The translations under genes and the position numbers were made by a program. From Tricharina praecox (taxonomy: Eukaryota), in contig NW_026250437.1 of the NCBI RefSeq assembly GCF_024521635.1, forward strand, positions 1-64,000: a DNA stretch of 64,000 nt. The letters are read 5' to 3'. Below the pieces are notes generated by a model. The model was given only the letters and a program-made list of their open reading frames with translations, had not been told where the DNA came from and ran no database searches. The number at the start of each line of letters is the position of its first letter. The stretch's first letter is position 1. Positions 26,401 to 40,143 of this stretch are shown here, one piece after another.

Positions 26401-28538
26401 AGTATGTACTAGTACTCGTGGTTGCCTATGTGCTATACCGGTGCGTGGTTGCCTATGTACTAACTATACATACCAGTGGAGTGAAGTGGAGCAAGCAGAA
26501 CCGGGGAGATAGGCAGTAGGCAGATCTGTTGACACGGCGCTCATCGCACTTGGAGTACATCTGCGACGAGAGGTGGGTAAGGTAGTTTAGTGGGGGATCT
26601 ACGGAGGGGAGGTGGATCCACGGGTCCACGGCACAGCACAGCACAGCACAAGCTCCTGGCCCTACATACATCACCTAACATACCTAAAGTAGTCGCTTCG
26701 AGCTTGGGAGGATGCGCGGGAATGAGCTGCAGATTGATAGATAACCCTTTCAGCTCGGGAATGATCTTGCCCTGCTCCCCCCCGTGTATAATCGCCCACC
26801 ATCGAATCCTGCGATCGCGGTACCGGCGGATCGATACATGATGCGTCAGGCATGTATGAAGTATGTATGTACTCTCGGCACGCGCGATTGTGCATCTCCC
26901 GGCCTATGTATGGTATGGATGGAGTCTTGCTTGCTTGGGACGGTGCGTGGAGTATATAATAGTAGTACTCGGGAGTCGGGAGTCGGGTCTCTACAGCTTT
27001 TGGCGGGATATGGTAACGTCGTACCTACAGACATACTTCATACCTCATAGATACAGGCTTCATACAGACATATATAAATACTTCATACATACTACTAACA
27101 CTTCGTAGATCCATAAATCCCTACATACATACGCACATCTCACTACTGTAACCCATTAACCATCTTCATGTAACGGCGGGTAGCCGCAAGCTGAGCACGT
27201 ACATATCAAAGCGCCGCATCTATTACTGTAGGGCGATAGCCTGGTTGGCCGAGCAAGTACATACGGTATGTATCATACATCGGTATGTAAGTGCTCCGGA
27301 CAGGAGCACACACGGTTCGTTTGAGCAGCAGCCGTGTTTCAGTATTCTTCCCTATCTGGTTGCAGTTGACAATCCGCCTGCCACCAGTGAGCAGTACAGC
27401 CCCCCTCCTCCTCTGCTTCTCCACGACTCACACACGACTCATCCATTCGATCCAACCATTCGATCCAATTATCCAACCACTCGGTCGGCGTATAGATAGA
27501 GTAGAGTACTAGCACTTCGTTGCCCATCCCGAAAGGGACCCGTCACTCCGCGGCCGGAGTAAGCGTTTCGATCCGGAACGGACAATTGTCCGAATTCGGC
27601 AGCGTAGCGCAGCGGATCTGCAAAAGCTTACCTGTAACCTACATATGGCACTAGCGTACCTAGAGCACAGCGGTTTCTGCTGGTGGGCTTGGCGGTTTTT
27701 TGGGGGTAGATGCTTGATTGGCTCTGGGGTGGGGTGCGACAGGAAAGGCGCAGGGTGAGACATCGATGCCATCAGTGGCTTGCTACATTGTCGCTGGTAT
27801 GACTGTGCGCACCGGAGGGGTGACGGTGACGGCGAGTGGAGCAGCAGGTATGCGTGGTGCTGATATTTGAGAGGAAAACCGTTATGTCAAAAGCCCCCCC
27901 CCCCCCCCCCCTCCCACCCACCCCACGCAAGCAGGCAAGCAAGCCATTCCCGCTCGCGTTGCCCATGCGTGCGGCGTGCGCAGCGCCATCGGCTCTGGAA
28001 GCTGGCGGCTGCTGCAAGGAAAGAGACGATGGCGACAAAACCAAAAAAGGAAGAAAGAAAGAAAAGAAGAATCTAGGGCACACCGAGAGGTTCACCTCAC
28101 TCTTTCTGTCGAGTAACTAGAGTAAATTACCGGTACGGTACGAGGTAAGTCACAAGTATCAACTCCGTATAGCCAAGTAGTACACCGCAGTCGACGGTTA
28201 CATAGGGTATTGTGCATAGAGTACGAGAAACCGAAACACCATTCCCGCCCGGGAAGAAATGACGAATTCCGTCCTCCTCCCGTTTCCTCCTCCCCTTCCT
28301 CTTTTTTTTTGCTTTTGCCGTTGCTTTTGCCATTGCATTTTGCTTTTTCCGCATCGTCATCCACCCACGTTGCAGTCCGCTGCAGTCCGCCGCCGTTCGC
28401 TGCAGTCGGCACCACAGGCTTCGCAACACAGGATTGATTCGATTTCCTTGACTTGACTCGGCACGTTTTCGGTGGGTATCTACAGGCCCATTCCGTATTC
28501 CGTGCGTTGAACGGGAGGAAGGAACTCGATCGAAGCTA

Positions 28539-29180
28539 AAGTACTAGGTCAAAAGTTTTTGTACACCTCCCCAACAGCGCCACCACACCACAGACATATA
28601 CCTCTCTAACACACAACAACTACACATTATAAGTAGTAATAATTGGCATATATCATGAATACATAGCATTAAAGCTTCAATGAGACTTCCAGCTCGCTGG
28701 GCTGATTATTATATGCGAAGTAGGGTGGCTTGGCGGATTTCCCTTCCACCGAGGAAGGTCATTTTCCGCCGTAGATGCAGCAACCATAAGGTAGTATAAA
28801 TATATGTGGGCCATCAGAAGGTCTCCCAAACCAGGTAGAGCACCTTAATCGAAATCGGCACATAATTCTGAGTTGCTGTGGTTGAGTAACACCGTATGGG
28901 AGAAAAGTTGGTGTTGAAACTGGTTGTCGCAACAATTTTGTGTGGGGGCCCCATACAAAATCTGAAATCACTCTCCAACCCGTGCACAACACCATACCAT
29001 GCGCCTCCAGTCCGGAGCAAAAGTCGTCGGAATTCTTATATGTGATGCATCTTGCGATTCTAAAGCTTCTATGAAAGACTTGATGTTTTTCCGCCACGTG
29101 AAGGGTGTTTTTTGGTTGCTTGAAAATGGGCATTTTTGGTGTAAAACGGCCCCTGTACAAAAACTTTTGACCTAGTACTT
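28539..29180. mobile_element. 642-bp non-autonomous TIR DNA transposon (MITE-like, Tc1/mariner-type), copy 1
   Basis: Perfect 27-bp TIRs AAGTACTAGGTCAAAAGTTTTTGTACA, TA on both sides (28537-38, 29181-82), more AT-rich than its flanks, a second near-identical copy in the window, and no transposase ORF. Confidence 0.92.
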
Positions 29181-32100
29181 TATGTACCACCGTAAGTATA
29201 CCTAAACCCTCCGGGCTGCGATTTCGCTATTAGTCTGATGCAAAAGATGCGACTTTACTGGACCCGCCCTCGCGCTGCTGGGAATTTGAGTATTTGAGTA
29301 TTTGAGACATGCAGCGAGCCTAAGTGAGTACATCTGCGCCTGTGTATTCTATGTACTCTACATGGTATTTGCTCACCTGGGCTGGTGCCTGGCTCTTCTT
29401 GGGAGTAATGGGAGGGAATTATAATTTAGCTCAATGAGACGCAGCTGGCCGCTAGTCCCTGGCCATTTTGACTTGGGGAAGCCTGAAGGAAGTGGATTTG
29501 CTCACCTAGAGTACTCTAGACATAGCTGGCTGGCTGGGCTGGTGCCTGACACTTTTGTGTGTGTGGGGGGGGGGGGGAGGATGACCGCTGGCAGGCGGAA
29601 ATTCCATTCACACCTTCACGGTGCAGCAGCGCTCGGACAGAAAGCCATAGTGCATGGCCAAGCTATCTGGATGGCTGTCCGGTCACATCGGAGCAGACCA
29701 GACACGACAAGACTCTACCCACCAAGGTATGTATGTATGTGACTGTACTACCCCGGATTCGACTGGAACCGCTGAAGGCGAGTACGATACGGTGCGGTTG
29801 GTACTCTATAGATCACCGTACTCTACCTACCCAGGTACGTGCGTGCAGTGAGACGAACGATATCGATGTCGCCTTCGCCCCGCCTCAGCGCCTCAGTCAA
29901 AGTCGAATGTTCCGGCATCGGCTCCGGCACTGACACTGACACCGATGATGTCGCAATACACTGGTGCTGGTGCTGGTTCTCGAGTATCGGCCCGGGGAGA
30001 CCCCTCGTTGCGGGGGAGGGGGGAAGGGGGAGATGCCTGTCGCACGCTTCGCACCCACGCCTTGAACCCACCATGTGGCGACGGCGGCGAGTATCCAGAG
30101 AACCCTCCCCACCCCATTACACGTGCGGCGGCGAGTGGCATCCATCCAGAGACCACGCTTCGCCTCGCCGCTTTCGCCTCAGCTGGACTCACTGCTTTCG
30201 CCTCCGTCCGATTGGCGTGTCCGTCGATACGGTGATATCTATCTTGTTATCTGTATCTGTAGTGAACTATATCGTGCTATACCGTGGTGTAGTATACCGT
30301 CGTGTGTGTGGACGCTCCACAGCTTGTATGATATCATGTCTCAATTCTTCATGATCTTGGAAGTGTTGAGTGGACCCCACACCCATCCACACCCACACGG
30401 CTGTTTGGGTGATAGTTGTTTGGCTGTTTGGCTGTTTGTGTGGTTGTTTGTGCCGTAGTGGTGTCCGGGCCCTCGCAGCGATCATGACGGAAACCCCCAT
30501 GTGCGGTGCGCGGCAATGCAGATGGTGGATGGGGTGATTTGTGATGGTGGTGGGGATGGGTGATGGGGGGATGGATGGAGATTCTTCTTCGTCTTCTTCT
30601 TCTTCTAGGGAAGAGTGGGACCATACCCACCTACCACACATGCCGGAACCAGCACCCTGTAGATCATTCCGTGTAACTGCATGTCGGGATCGATACTAGG
30701 TACTCTAGATACGGTAACTAGTTTTTAGAGTATGTACAGTAGGTACATGTCACCCGACGCCACAATCTACTTTATCTACACCACTCTACGCCGAGTTATG
30801 TACTCTATTCAACGGAAATCGTCGCTCAACTAACCCGGATACGATGTGGGGGCTGTGGTGTGCCCGGGGGAGGAGGAGGGAATATCGTTTATCCGCGAGA
30901 CCTCCTCTTTCAGGCATCTATGGAGTCAACACTCCGTCTCGAGTCTCGAGCTCTTATGTCTGCGCGACGGAACCTTTCACATCCCCCCGACAGCATTCTG
31001 CGGGGGCCGAGTCCGAGGGACCCACGGTGAACGGTCCAGTGTCCACGGGTGTTTGCCTCCGTCGTAACTATTGGCGGGGTCCTGGCTAGAGAAAAACAAA
31101 AATAAAGAAGAAAACAGCCCACCTTTCCCTTGCCTTCCCTTCCCATCCGGGAAATCCTTCTGTTTCCCTTCCTCTTTCCGCCTCCAACCTGAGCACCAGA
31201 GATTGCGCGCAAGGCCGGCAATCGAGTTTGCAGCAGCAGCCGGTAGCAACAGCAGCCGGTAGCAACAGCAGCCGGTATGTACAATGATTACTTAAAATGT
31301 AGATACCCAATTGCGGATCGGCAGGGAGGACCACGTTGCGCCAACCCACCCCCCGCCACCCCCCGCCACCCCCCGCTGCTCCAGCTCCAGCTGGGTCTCA
31401 CCCTCTCACCGTCTCAGGAAGATAATCGATTCGATTCGATTGCGATGCTGCGGTTTCCAAGAGAGAGGTGAGGGCTCAGGGAGAGGATTCTGGTTCTGGA
31501 GATTGGCGTTTCCAGTGGGTGGATGGATGGATGGGTGGGTGGATGGATGGGCGGGTGGATGGATAGATGGGTGGATGGATGAACGTGTGGATGAACGTGT
31601 GAAAGATCTACGGACAGCATTCGGTATGTAGATCCCCAGGCGGACTGACATCGGGGGGCGTGCGGATCACTTCCTTCTTCTGCCGTTTCGATCCCCGCAT
31701 ACAGTACTTCCGCAACGGTTCACTCTACTCTACTGGGTGCGCTGGGTTTCGGGATTCCCGTGAGAGCCTCAGCACCACCACCACCACCACTGCCAGCAGC
31801 AGTAACAGTAGGTTGGGATTTGTGTCCGATAAGAAACCTTCTCGACGGGCTGCGATCACCACGACGGTGACCCATAATACTGTTTCACATGCCTAGCCCG
31901 AACCGCAGGTCTCAGACAGACAGGCAGACAGACTGCGCGCACTGCACACAGTACCTAAGGGACGTGCTCGGGCTTTACTCGCTCGGTATCGGATCTTTGG
32001 GTCTTGCGGTGATCGGAGGGACGGAGTGGTGGGTACTGACATACATACTTCATACATGATACATACCGTAGGGTCGTATCGGTACTTGGGGTTTTCTGGG

Positions 32101-32194
32101 TGCGTTCCTCTCGCGCTCGTCATCTGAATCGTATCGTGGCCTGAAGGGGATGCTTAAGCCGAATTACTATTATCGGTAATATCGGTTTGTTCGG

Positions 32195-32335
32195 GAGAAG
32201 AAGGAAAAGAAGAGAAAAGAAAAGAAAAATAGATAAAAAAGGAAAAGAAAAGAAACGAAAAGAAAGGAAAAGAAAGGAAAAAGGAAAAGAAGGAAAAGAA
32301 AGAAAAGAAAGAAAAGAAAACAGAAAGAGGGAAAC
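32195..32335. repeat. Purine-rich low-complexity tract, (GAAAA/GGAAAA)n
   Basis: Visible run of gaaaa-type units. Confidence 0.85.
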
Positions 32336-34663
32336 AATTCCCCAAACAAAAAACGCAAAGAAACACCAGACAAAAATACACTGTCAGCTAGACCGTCGTA
32401 CCTACTCCAGACTCCAGACTTCAGACTCCAGTTGGCAAACAGTGCTCTCGACTGCCGCTCCCAAACACCCTCGTCTATTACCGTACCCATCAACTCTCGG
32501 CTCGTACCCACCGTTAGCAGTGCAAAGGTTTCCTCCTGATCCCGGACGGTCATCATTGTAATATACCTACCCTGTATTGTACATACATGAGCTGCCTGCC
32601 GGCGGATAAACTCCACGCCCGACCGACCGGAAGATCTGTGGCTGTGCTCTACTCTACTGTAGAGAGTGCCTTACTTACTTACTTCTGACGCGCGTGCTGC
32701 GTTGCTTGCTGGTGCTGCTGACTACTGTGCTTGGGTGCGGTGTAGGTGGGGTGTGTGGAGCACCTTATTACCTACTTACTGCTACTGCTACTACTACTAC
32801 ATACCCGCGAAGATCCTACTCTACTCTAGGTACTCTACTCTACTCTATTCTATCTGTATGTAATATTTACGCCGCATGTGTTGTACGGCTTCTACTGTAT
32901 AACGAACCAACCATCTTCTAAGCTCAGGGCTCCTCTCCTCTCCTCTACCATCCCCGCGGCATCCCCGCGCGTGTGAATTGTTTCCAACCCTTCGGCCGGA
33001 GCTTCTAAAACTAAATCTGCATTCGACGCACGCCGAAAGTTGAAACAAAACATCGTACATACCGGTACTCTAGGTAGTACGTAGATGGCGAATCTGCTGT
33101 AACTACTACAGTCGATATATAGTAGGTAGTATATAGTATATAGTATATAGTATGCCAGCCGTATTCCAACGTCATGTCATCCCACCCCGCGGGTTTTAAA
33201 GTGCGAGGATGGGGGTGGACGGGCGAGGACGGGCGGACGAGGGGCGGACGAGGGGAGGACGAGGGGGGACGGGAGGACGAGGAGAGGACGAGACGGGGAC
33301 AGAGAATGTACCGTGCCGTATTCGAGTATTCTACCAGATATGGTACACTTGAGGGATCAGACTTTTGGTCAAACCAGCCAGCCAACCAGCCAGTCACCCA
33401 GCCAGTAACCATCACTATGTGCGCGGCACGTGTATAGTATGTAACTCCGGAAGAACGAACGAACGAGTGTGTGGGTGTGTGGGTGTGTGGGTGTGTGGGG
33501 GGGAGGCGTGGGAAGGCGTGGGAATTACGGTATCCTCCAGCCAGCCAGTTTTGGAGCCGGCTGGCGGGAAGATCATCAACGTGCAGTTCAGTCAGTCATC
33601 GATTGCCGATTGCTATGTAGAGTACGGTATGTCAGGTTGCGCGCGCGCGGTCATGAGGTTTTTGCAGGCAGGTTCTTCCGTAGTAGTGATGGCTTCGCCG
33701 GTTGTATTTGCTTTTCTTTCCTTTCCTTTTTCTTTGCTTTCTTTCTCAGGCTTCAGCTGCACGGCACACAGCAAGCAGGCACAGTACAGTTTTCTCTGTA
33801 CGGTATGTACAGATGGGGGAGTGATGGAGTGCATGAGCATGAGCATGAGCATGAGCATGAGCATATGTAAGCTATCATACCAGCCAGCCCATCTATCAAT
33901 CTGCATACATTTATACTTGACTTGACTTAGCACCTCTACCACTGGTTGCGCATGCTTTTAGTAGCAGCCTAATCCTCTTTCTCTTTCTCTATTTCACTCG
34001 TGAGTCGTTGCCAGCCATTGCCGATCAGTTAGTGTCTCACCTCCCACTCCTTCTCTACTGGTCTCTGGAGTAGGGAAGCAGAGTATGATAGACATCGAGC
34101 CTACGCGGGTGTCGCTACCCACAAGTCTTTGATAGTTGCTCTAGTTACCTGCCTGTACATACATGCACGAGAAGGTCACCGGAGCGGAAAGACAGCCCAG
34201 AATGTAAAGACGTCCACGCTCACCGGTATATGTACATGGAGTGTGTATGAGATGTATGTACGAGCGGGGTGGGGGGAGTGAGGGAGGGACAGTCGTGTAC
34301 TCTACACATGTGCGAGTAGGTACAGTGCCTTGAGAATCGGAGTGTCGATTGGATGTCTCGAGATAGGTCGAGTATTAACCTCCTGCCTCGTTGCTCGCCG
34401 GCCGGTGGATCTTCGTGATGTGATGGAGAAGTACGTTTTCCTCCTGCCCCTGTATTTAAATTTCCCTTCACGTCACCACTCACCACTGCCTACCAGTGGA
34501 AGCAGGAATAGACACACCCATCCATCGGGTTGCATTCCAGGCTTCTTCCTCCAGGCAGCAAGCCAGCGATCGATGGTGCTGGTGGTGGTGGTGGTAATGG
34601 TAATGGAAGTGGTGACTGGCTGCATCCGTCTGTTCAATCTATTCTGCTCTACTCTATCCCACC

Positions 34664-34771
34664 CTCTCTCTCTCTCTGTCTCTCTCTCTCTGTCTCTGTC
34701 TCTCTCTGTCTCTCTCTGTCTCTCTCTGTCTCTCTCTGTCTCTGTCTCTCTCTCTCTGTCTCTCTCTCTCT
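34664..34771. repeat. Compound (TC)n/(TCTCTG)n microsatellite
   Basis: Visible tandem tctctctgtc units. Confidence 0.9.
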
Positions 34772-36632
34772 CCTCGTATCTTGGCTTGGAACGTCGCGCA
34801 AAGCCTGGGAAGGTAGAGCAAGTAGAGTCGAAGTAACTGTGCGACGCGAAAAGAACGAAAGAATGAAAGAGAAAAAACACCCCTCCCTCCTCCCAGCGAG
34901 CCGGGCAGCGCAGTGCAGTGGCCACTGGACAGTGGCTGCGATCAACCTCGTACACAAACACTTGGGGAGAAGCGAATTGCTATTATTGCACGCCAACCCC
35001 CCGCCGGGGCCCCGGTGCGGCCAATCCCAAATCCCAGGCTCCAGCGCGCCGGTTGTGATTCGTCGCTCTCACGTCGTGTAGGTATTTTCGTATCGAGTCA
35101 GGCCCCAGGCCCCAGGGTGGCTGGTGCGATTCCTGGGCGGGCGGATTGGCCCTGGCTAACCTAACTAACTAGCTACAAACGTCGCCGTCTAGTTCGTATT
35201 TGCTGTGACGGGATGCTCATTGTACTCACTCTGCTCTGAAGATTCCATGACCGATGCCGACGCCTCCGCCGCCGCCGCGTGGATTACTTGTGCATTCCTG
35301 GTGCGTAGGTAGCACTCTCTTCGACTTTCCCTGCTCCGAGTCGTTGGTCGCTCCGTTGCACGGTACAGAGTATGTACTGTACAACTCATCAACACGGCCG
35401 TGCCATTGGGGGACGATGTGCAACCGAGGCTCAGAGCGCTGGTTGGATGCTGCGAGCCTCGCAGGAAAACGCATAGGGAACTCCGGACTGTCGTGCTGTG
35501 CTTTTCCCCGTGGCCCATGGGCCCGTCGGACCAGTCGAGTCGAGTCGAGTCCATCGCTGGGACACGGCGCCGGGGTAGATCCACTGGAACGATACCCAGC
35601 CCGGGGGACGTGCTACATCGGGAGGTCGGCTTGGGAGTGCAGCAATCGGCGTGAACACCGTGGGGACCGTGGGGACCCGAAGGGGAGGATGCGGAGGACG
35701 AGGAGCAACAACGAGAGTAATAATAACGGCGATAATAACTGCAATAACAACCACGGTAATAACAACAATAACAACGCGAGACGTGAGAACTATACCTTGA
35801 TATCCCGAGACGACATTCCGCAGCCACAGCCCGCCGACTTACAGGTCACCAACTTCTCACTTACTCACCACTACAGAGTGCACGCTAGTCACCGTCTCCG
35901 TTGCGGACTAATTCCAAGGATTTGGGGGTGGCCACGGTTCTCACGTTACACGCCTTGCCATTGCACATCTCAGCCTTAACAGTCCTCAAGGATCCAGTGC
36001 CCCCCCCCCCCCCCCCCCCCCATCATCCCCGTCCACCACCTTCTCCCCCCCTCCACCCACCGTCCCCACCATCCCCGTCTCCATCAACCCTCTCGTCTTC
36101 TCTTCCTCCCCCTCCACCCCTCTCCCCTCCCCCTCCCACCAATTCCCTCCCTCCTCCCACCCCCCCAAAAAGCAACCTTGCTTGTTCGTTGTGTGTGCAG
36201 ATGAAGCTTGAATCATCCTTGGCCACCTTTCTGCTTTGGGCCTATGCGCGTCACTGCCCCGACCAAAATGGATTGTTGTCGGTCCCTCGCACTCAGCCAG
36301 TCGACGTCGTGATGAACCAGTCCGTACCATGCCTCTCCTCTGCAGTCACCGGCCTACATATCTTACTTCCCACCCCCAAAATACGCCCAAATACGAACTC
36401 CGCTCTGAACGGCCTACAAGTTGTCCGACCTGGCCGCTCCCCCATCATCAACTAGGCTCTGAATCCACTCACCCCCCCCCCCCACTCAACAAACCCCCAA
36501 ATCTAAATAACTGCCCCCAAAACTCCCTCTCATTCTGGCTTCGATATCTTCTTCGATATCTTCTCCGGACCCTTCGCTTTGCAGTCCCGTCAGCAGACGC
36601 GATAGACCGCTTGATATCCTTCACTCCCCGCA

Positions 36633-39600
36633 ATGGCATTGGTCCACCCAGGTGCCCCTTCTGCCCTCGATTTATCCTCCCCAGCAATGATCTGCTCGAG
36701 CGAAAACAACTCCATCAGTATGGCCGTGCTGCAGACTCTCCCGGCCGGAAGCGGACCCGGCATTCAGACCCCCCGGCCTCCGCATAGGCAGATTCATCGT
36801 AACAGAGCTTCGTACTCCTGCCACTCGTGCCGGCGGCGGAAAGTAAAATGTGATCGCCAGCATCCCACGTGCGGCAACTGCTCCAAGATGGCGGAGCCGT
36901 GTGTGTATTCCGACAACACCGGTAAGGGAGCAAAAAACAAGAACAAGGACCGACAAGCGGCCTCCTCTTCCTCTGCCTCTTCCTCCTCTTCTTCGACGGA
37001 GATCACCGGATTGTCGCCGAAACGGCTGCGGACCAACTCGGGCGTTTCCGTTTCCGTCTCCACCTCGGGCAGTGACGATGATTCCTGCAGCTACCGCTCT
37101 CACTCGCGATCCAGCTCCATGAACCAGAGCGACTTCAACGCCCTCAATTCTCCGTTCCAGTCGCCAGATCAGCTGCCCATGTCTTTGCCGCCACCACCAC
37201 CTCCTACCTCTGCCCCTCCGGCAAGCCTGCTCTCCACCACCATCAAGGAGGGTGAGCTCGAGACCAGGGTCAACCGTCTCGCCGAGATCGTTGACCAGTG
37301 GTACAAGGTTGCGTATTCGCATGGCCAACAGCCCGGATCGCCGCCTCCAGGCTTCAACACCGAGGCTGTCGATGGATCCAACAGGCGTTGGTCCAACACG
37401 ATGCAAGAGCACGCGAGACCACAGGGCATGACGAATAGATCCAAGAAGCAGGGGTCACCCGAGTACACACCCAGATCTTCGCCAGTCCTTGGACGGGCAC
37501 GGGTGCAGAAGTCGTCCGCGCACGGCCGTCCCCGATCATCGACCGTGAGCTCGACCCACTTTGCTTCGTGCAAGGACGGTGGCGGAGAGGATGTCGCCAT
37601 GGGGCATCTGAGTATCCAGGAGAACGGCCGCAGCAGATATGTGGGCACCAGCTTCTGGGCTCTACTTAGCAATGAGGTACACCTACATACTCACCTTCTG
37701 CGACTATCGAGAACCACCGCTGACTTTCTTTCTTTCATCTGTAGATAACCGACCTCAACCAGGTGCTCAAGAGCCCCAACAAGGAAGCTTCTTGCACAAA
37801 TAACGCACCTGTATCGACGCCCCCACACTCGGCCTGTACGCCCCCACCGGAGGCGGACGGTATCTTCCGCGCCTACGGAAACATCGACAGCGGAAAGGAT
37901 ATACTCTCGATCCTACACTCCATCCCATCCCGAAAGCGCTGCGAGGTGCTTTACCGAAGCTTTCTCGATGGAGTTCACCCGATAATGCCGCTGATCCACG
38001 TCCCCACGTTTTCGAGCGAGTGGCGAAGTTTTTGGTCCTGGTTCCCGGAGAATACGCACACCCTCCCGGGTGGCGATCTTCTGGATAATCCGACATTTAT
38101 CCCATTACTCCTGGCGATCCTGTACGCTGGTGCGGCCTCCATGAGTGCGAAGGCGATCAGTGCCAGCTTCGATGGCCGTAGCAAGGAAGTAGTCGTCAAC
38201 CATCTGTTCGCTGCAACGACTAGCGCGCTTGCCGCCACGGCGTTTCCCCGCTCGCCCACGACGAACTCGCTCATCGCGTTTCTCATCGTGCAGACTTGTT
38301 TGATCCGCGAGGAGGAGCCACTTACTTCCTGCTCGTTTATCGGCACGGCTATGCGCATCGGTAAGCCAGCCATTCCCACTCTTCTTTTTTGTTTAATCAT
38401 TGATTGCCATCCCGCCCCCACTCCCATCGCGGCGAGCGGTTCTCTGTACCGCCTCGAGTGATTCTTTGTGTGAAGCTAACATCCGATGCAGCACAACAGA
38501 TGGGCTTGCACCGTGACGGCTCCCTCTTCGGCCTCGGCGAAGTCGAGTGTGAAGTCCGCCGCCGCGTTTGGTGGCACATAATGCACCTGGATATTCAGGG
38601 GGCCATCGCCACCGGTCTTCCGCCGTTGGGTGGCAGCAGCGAAGACCAGTTCGACACCAAGATGGTGAGCGAGCTCGGAGACGAGTTTATCGGATGCGAG
38701 CCGTCGGACTCTTGCGACGCGAACCGAAATTCGCCGGCCATGATACTCGCCGTCGGCAGGTACGAGACCGCGCAGCTGCTGCGGAAGATTATCGTCCGCC
38801 TGCTCGGGATCAAGCCGCCGCGGAAGGCCGACATCGCCGAGATGGGCCAGATGATAATGGGGCTCAAAGGTAAGCTCGAGGAGAGGATCGCGAGGATTCC
38901 GGCTAGAGGATTGCCAGAGATGGGATTCATTCCTCACGAAGAAGTCGATGGCGCTGAGAGGGAGGGCATCTTCAATTCGTGGGCACGCATAATGTTGAGC
39001 ATGATGAGCGATCGAGCATATGGGGTGCTCTACCAGCCGTTCTTGAAGAGCACCAAGAGCAAGATGTGGTTGCACGCGAGACATTGGTATGTTGGCTATT
39101 TTCTACTTTATCCTTCCTCCTCCTCCACCACATGGCCCTCCTCCTCCACATCCCGCAAATCCATCTTGCGCGGCCTGGCTACTCCTCCTTTGCACAATTT
39201 CCTTCTTGTTATTGCCCTCGCCCTCGCCTCTGAGAAAGACGCCACGGACTTGCCTTATTCGGCCGATAGCCACGCAAGAAGCCGCGTAACTCTAAGGGCC
39301 CCGTCCCCTAACCAGGGAACGTTCCTTATCCACGGGTGCTAGCGATGGTGATTCGCACCACCATAGGCCCTCTCCCCACTCCCTGCGTAGTGTACGCGCA
39401 CGCAAGCACCGGAGAAATACCCCCATGCATCGACGTTACGATCTCGGAGCATACCCCGCATCCATTCTTCCTTGCATCCGAGCCTGATCTGCCATCCTGA
39501 CCAATAGCTAACCACGCCTATTCCCCGCAGCGCCCTCCGCTCCGCACACTCCTTCCTCCGAAGCTACATCCACCTCTCGCGATCCCCCCTCTTCGCCCCC

Positions 39601-40143
39601 TACCACTGGTATTGCCCAGTAACCTACCAACCCCTCCACGCCATCATGATCCTCCTCTTGGATCTCCACGAACGCCCACTAGCCCCAGAAGCCCCCCGCT
39701 CCCGCGTCTTCGTCGACGAGATCTTTAGCCTCTTCTCCGACCACCCCGGCGAGGCGTGGCGTTTGCTCGGGCGCCTGCGACACCGCGCTGAGATGGTCGC
39801 CAAGAACACCACCGCCACCAATAACAACCACAGCAACAACCACAGCAACAACACCAACCCCAACAGCAACACCTGGGAGGGCGGCGAGATTGGCTGGGAT
39901 TTTGGCGAGTGGGCCGCCACCGCCCCGCCCGCCGCCGCCGCCGCAGAAGAGATGCAGCCACAACAGCAGGTGGTAGTCATGCCCGATCAGCACATGGACA
40001 TGATGATTATGCACGAGGAGTTCGACTGGAACTCGGTGTTTGTTGAGGTCGACGGGAGCAGTCCGAGGACCGTCGGCCAGGTCGAGCAGGTCGATATGAA
40101 CGGCGCCGCCGCAGGGTGGGCGCTGTTGGAGTGCGATGACTAG
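36633..40143 (+). CDS. Zn2Cys6 transcription factor with fungal-specific TF middle domain (~955 aa; exons 36633-37676, 37745-38360, 38492-39086, 39531-40143)
   Basis: Zn2Cys6 cluster CHSCRRRKVKCDRQHPTCGNCSKMAEPC. Further motifs GRSRYVGTSFWA, VHPIMPLIHVPTF, MRIAQQMGLHRDG...EVRRRVWW and YHWY..TYQPLHA. The four exons total 2868 nt in one frame with canonical GT-AG sites. Confidence 0.93.

Noticed and set aside
35189..35979. 241-aa plus-strand ORF with poly-Asn and its antisense ORFs
   Set aside because: Driven by (AAC/AAT)n repeats, with no domain signal.
39330..39500. TPP-riboswitch-like words (GGGTGC...GGAGAAATACCC...CCTGATC) in the long TF intron
   Set aside because: Lacks the conserved UGAGA in the right place and the P4/P5 GAUC..UAAU..GCG arm. 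The host gene has no evident link to thiamine.
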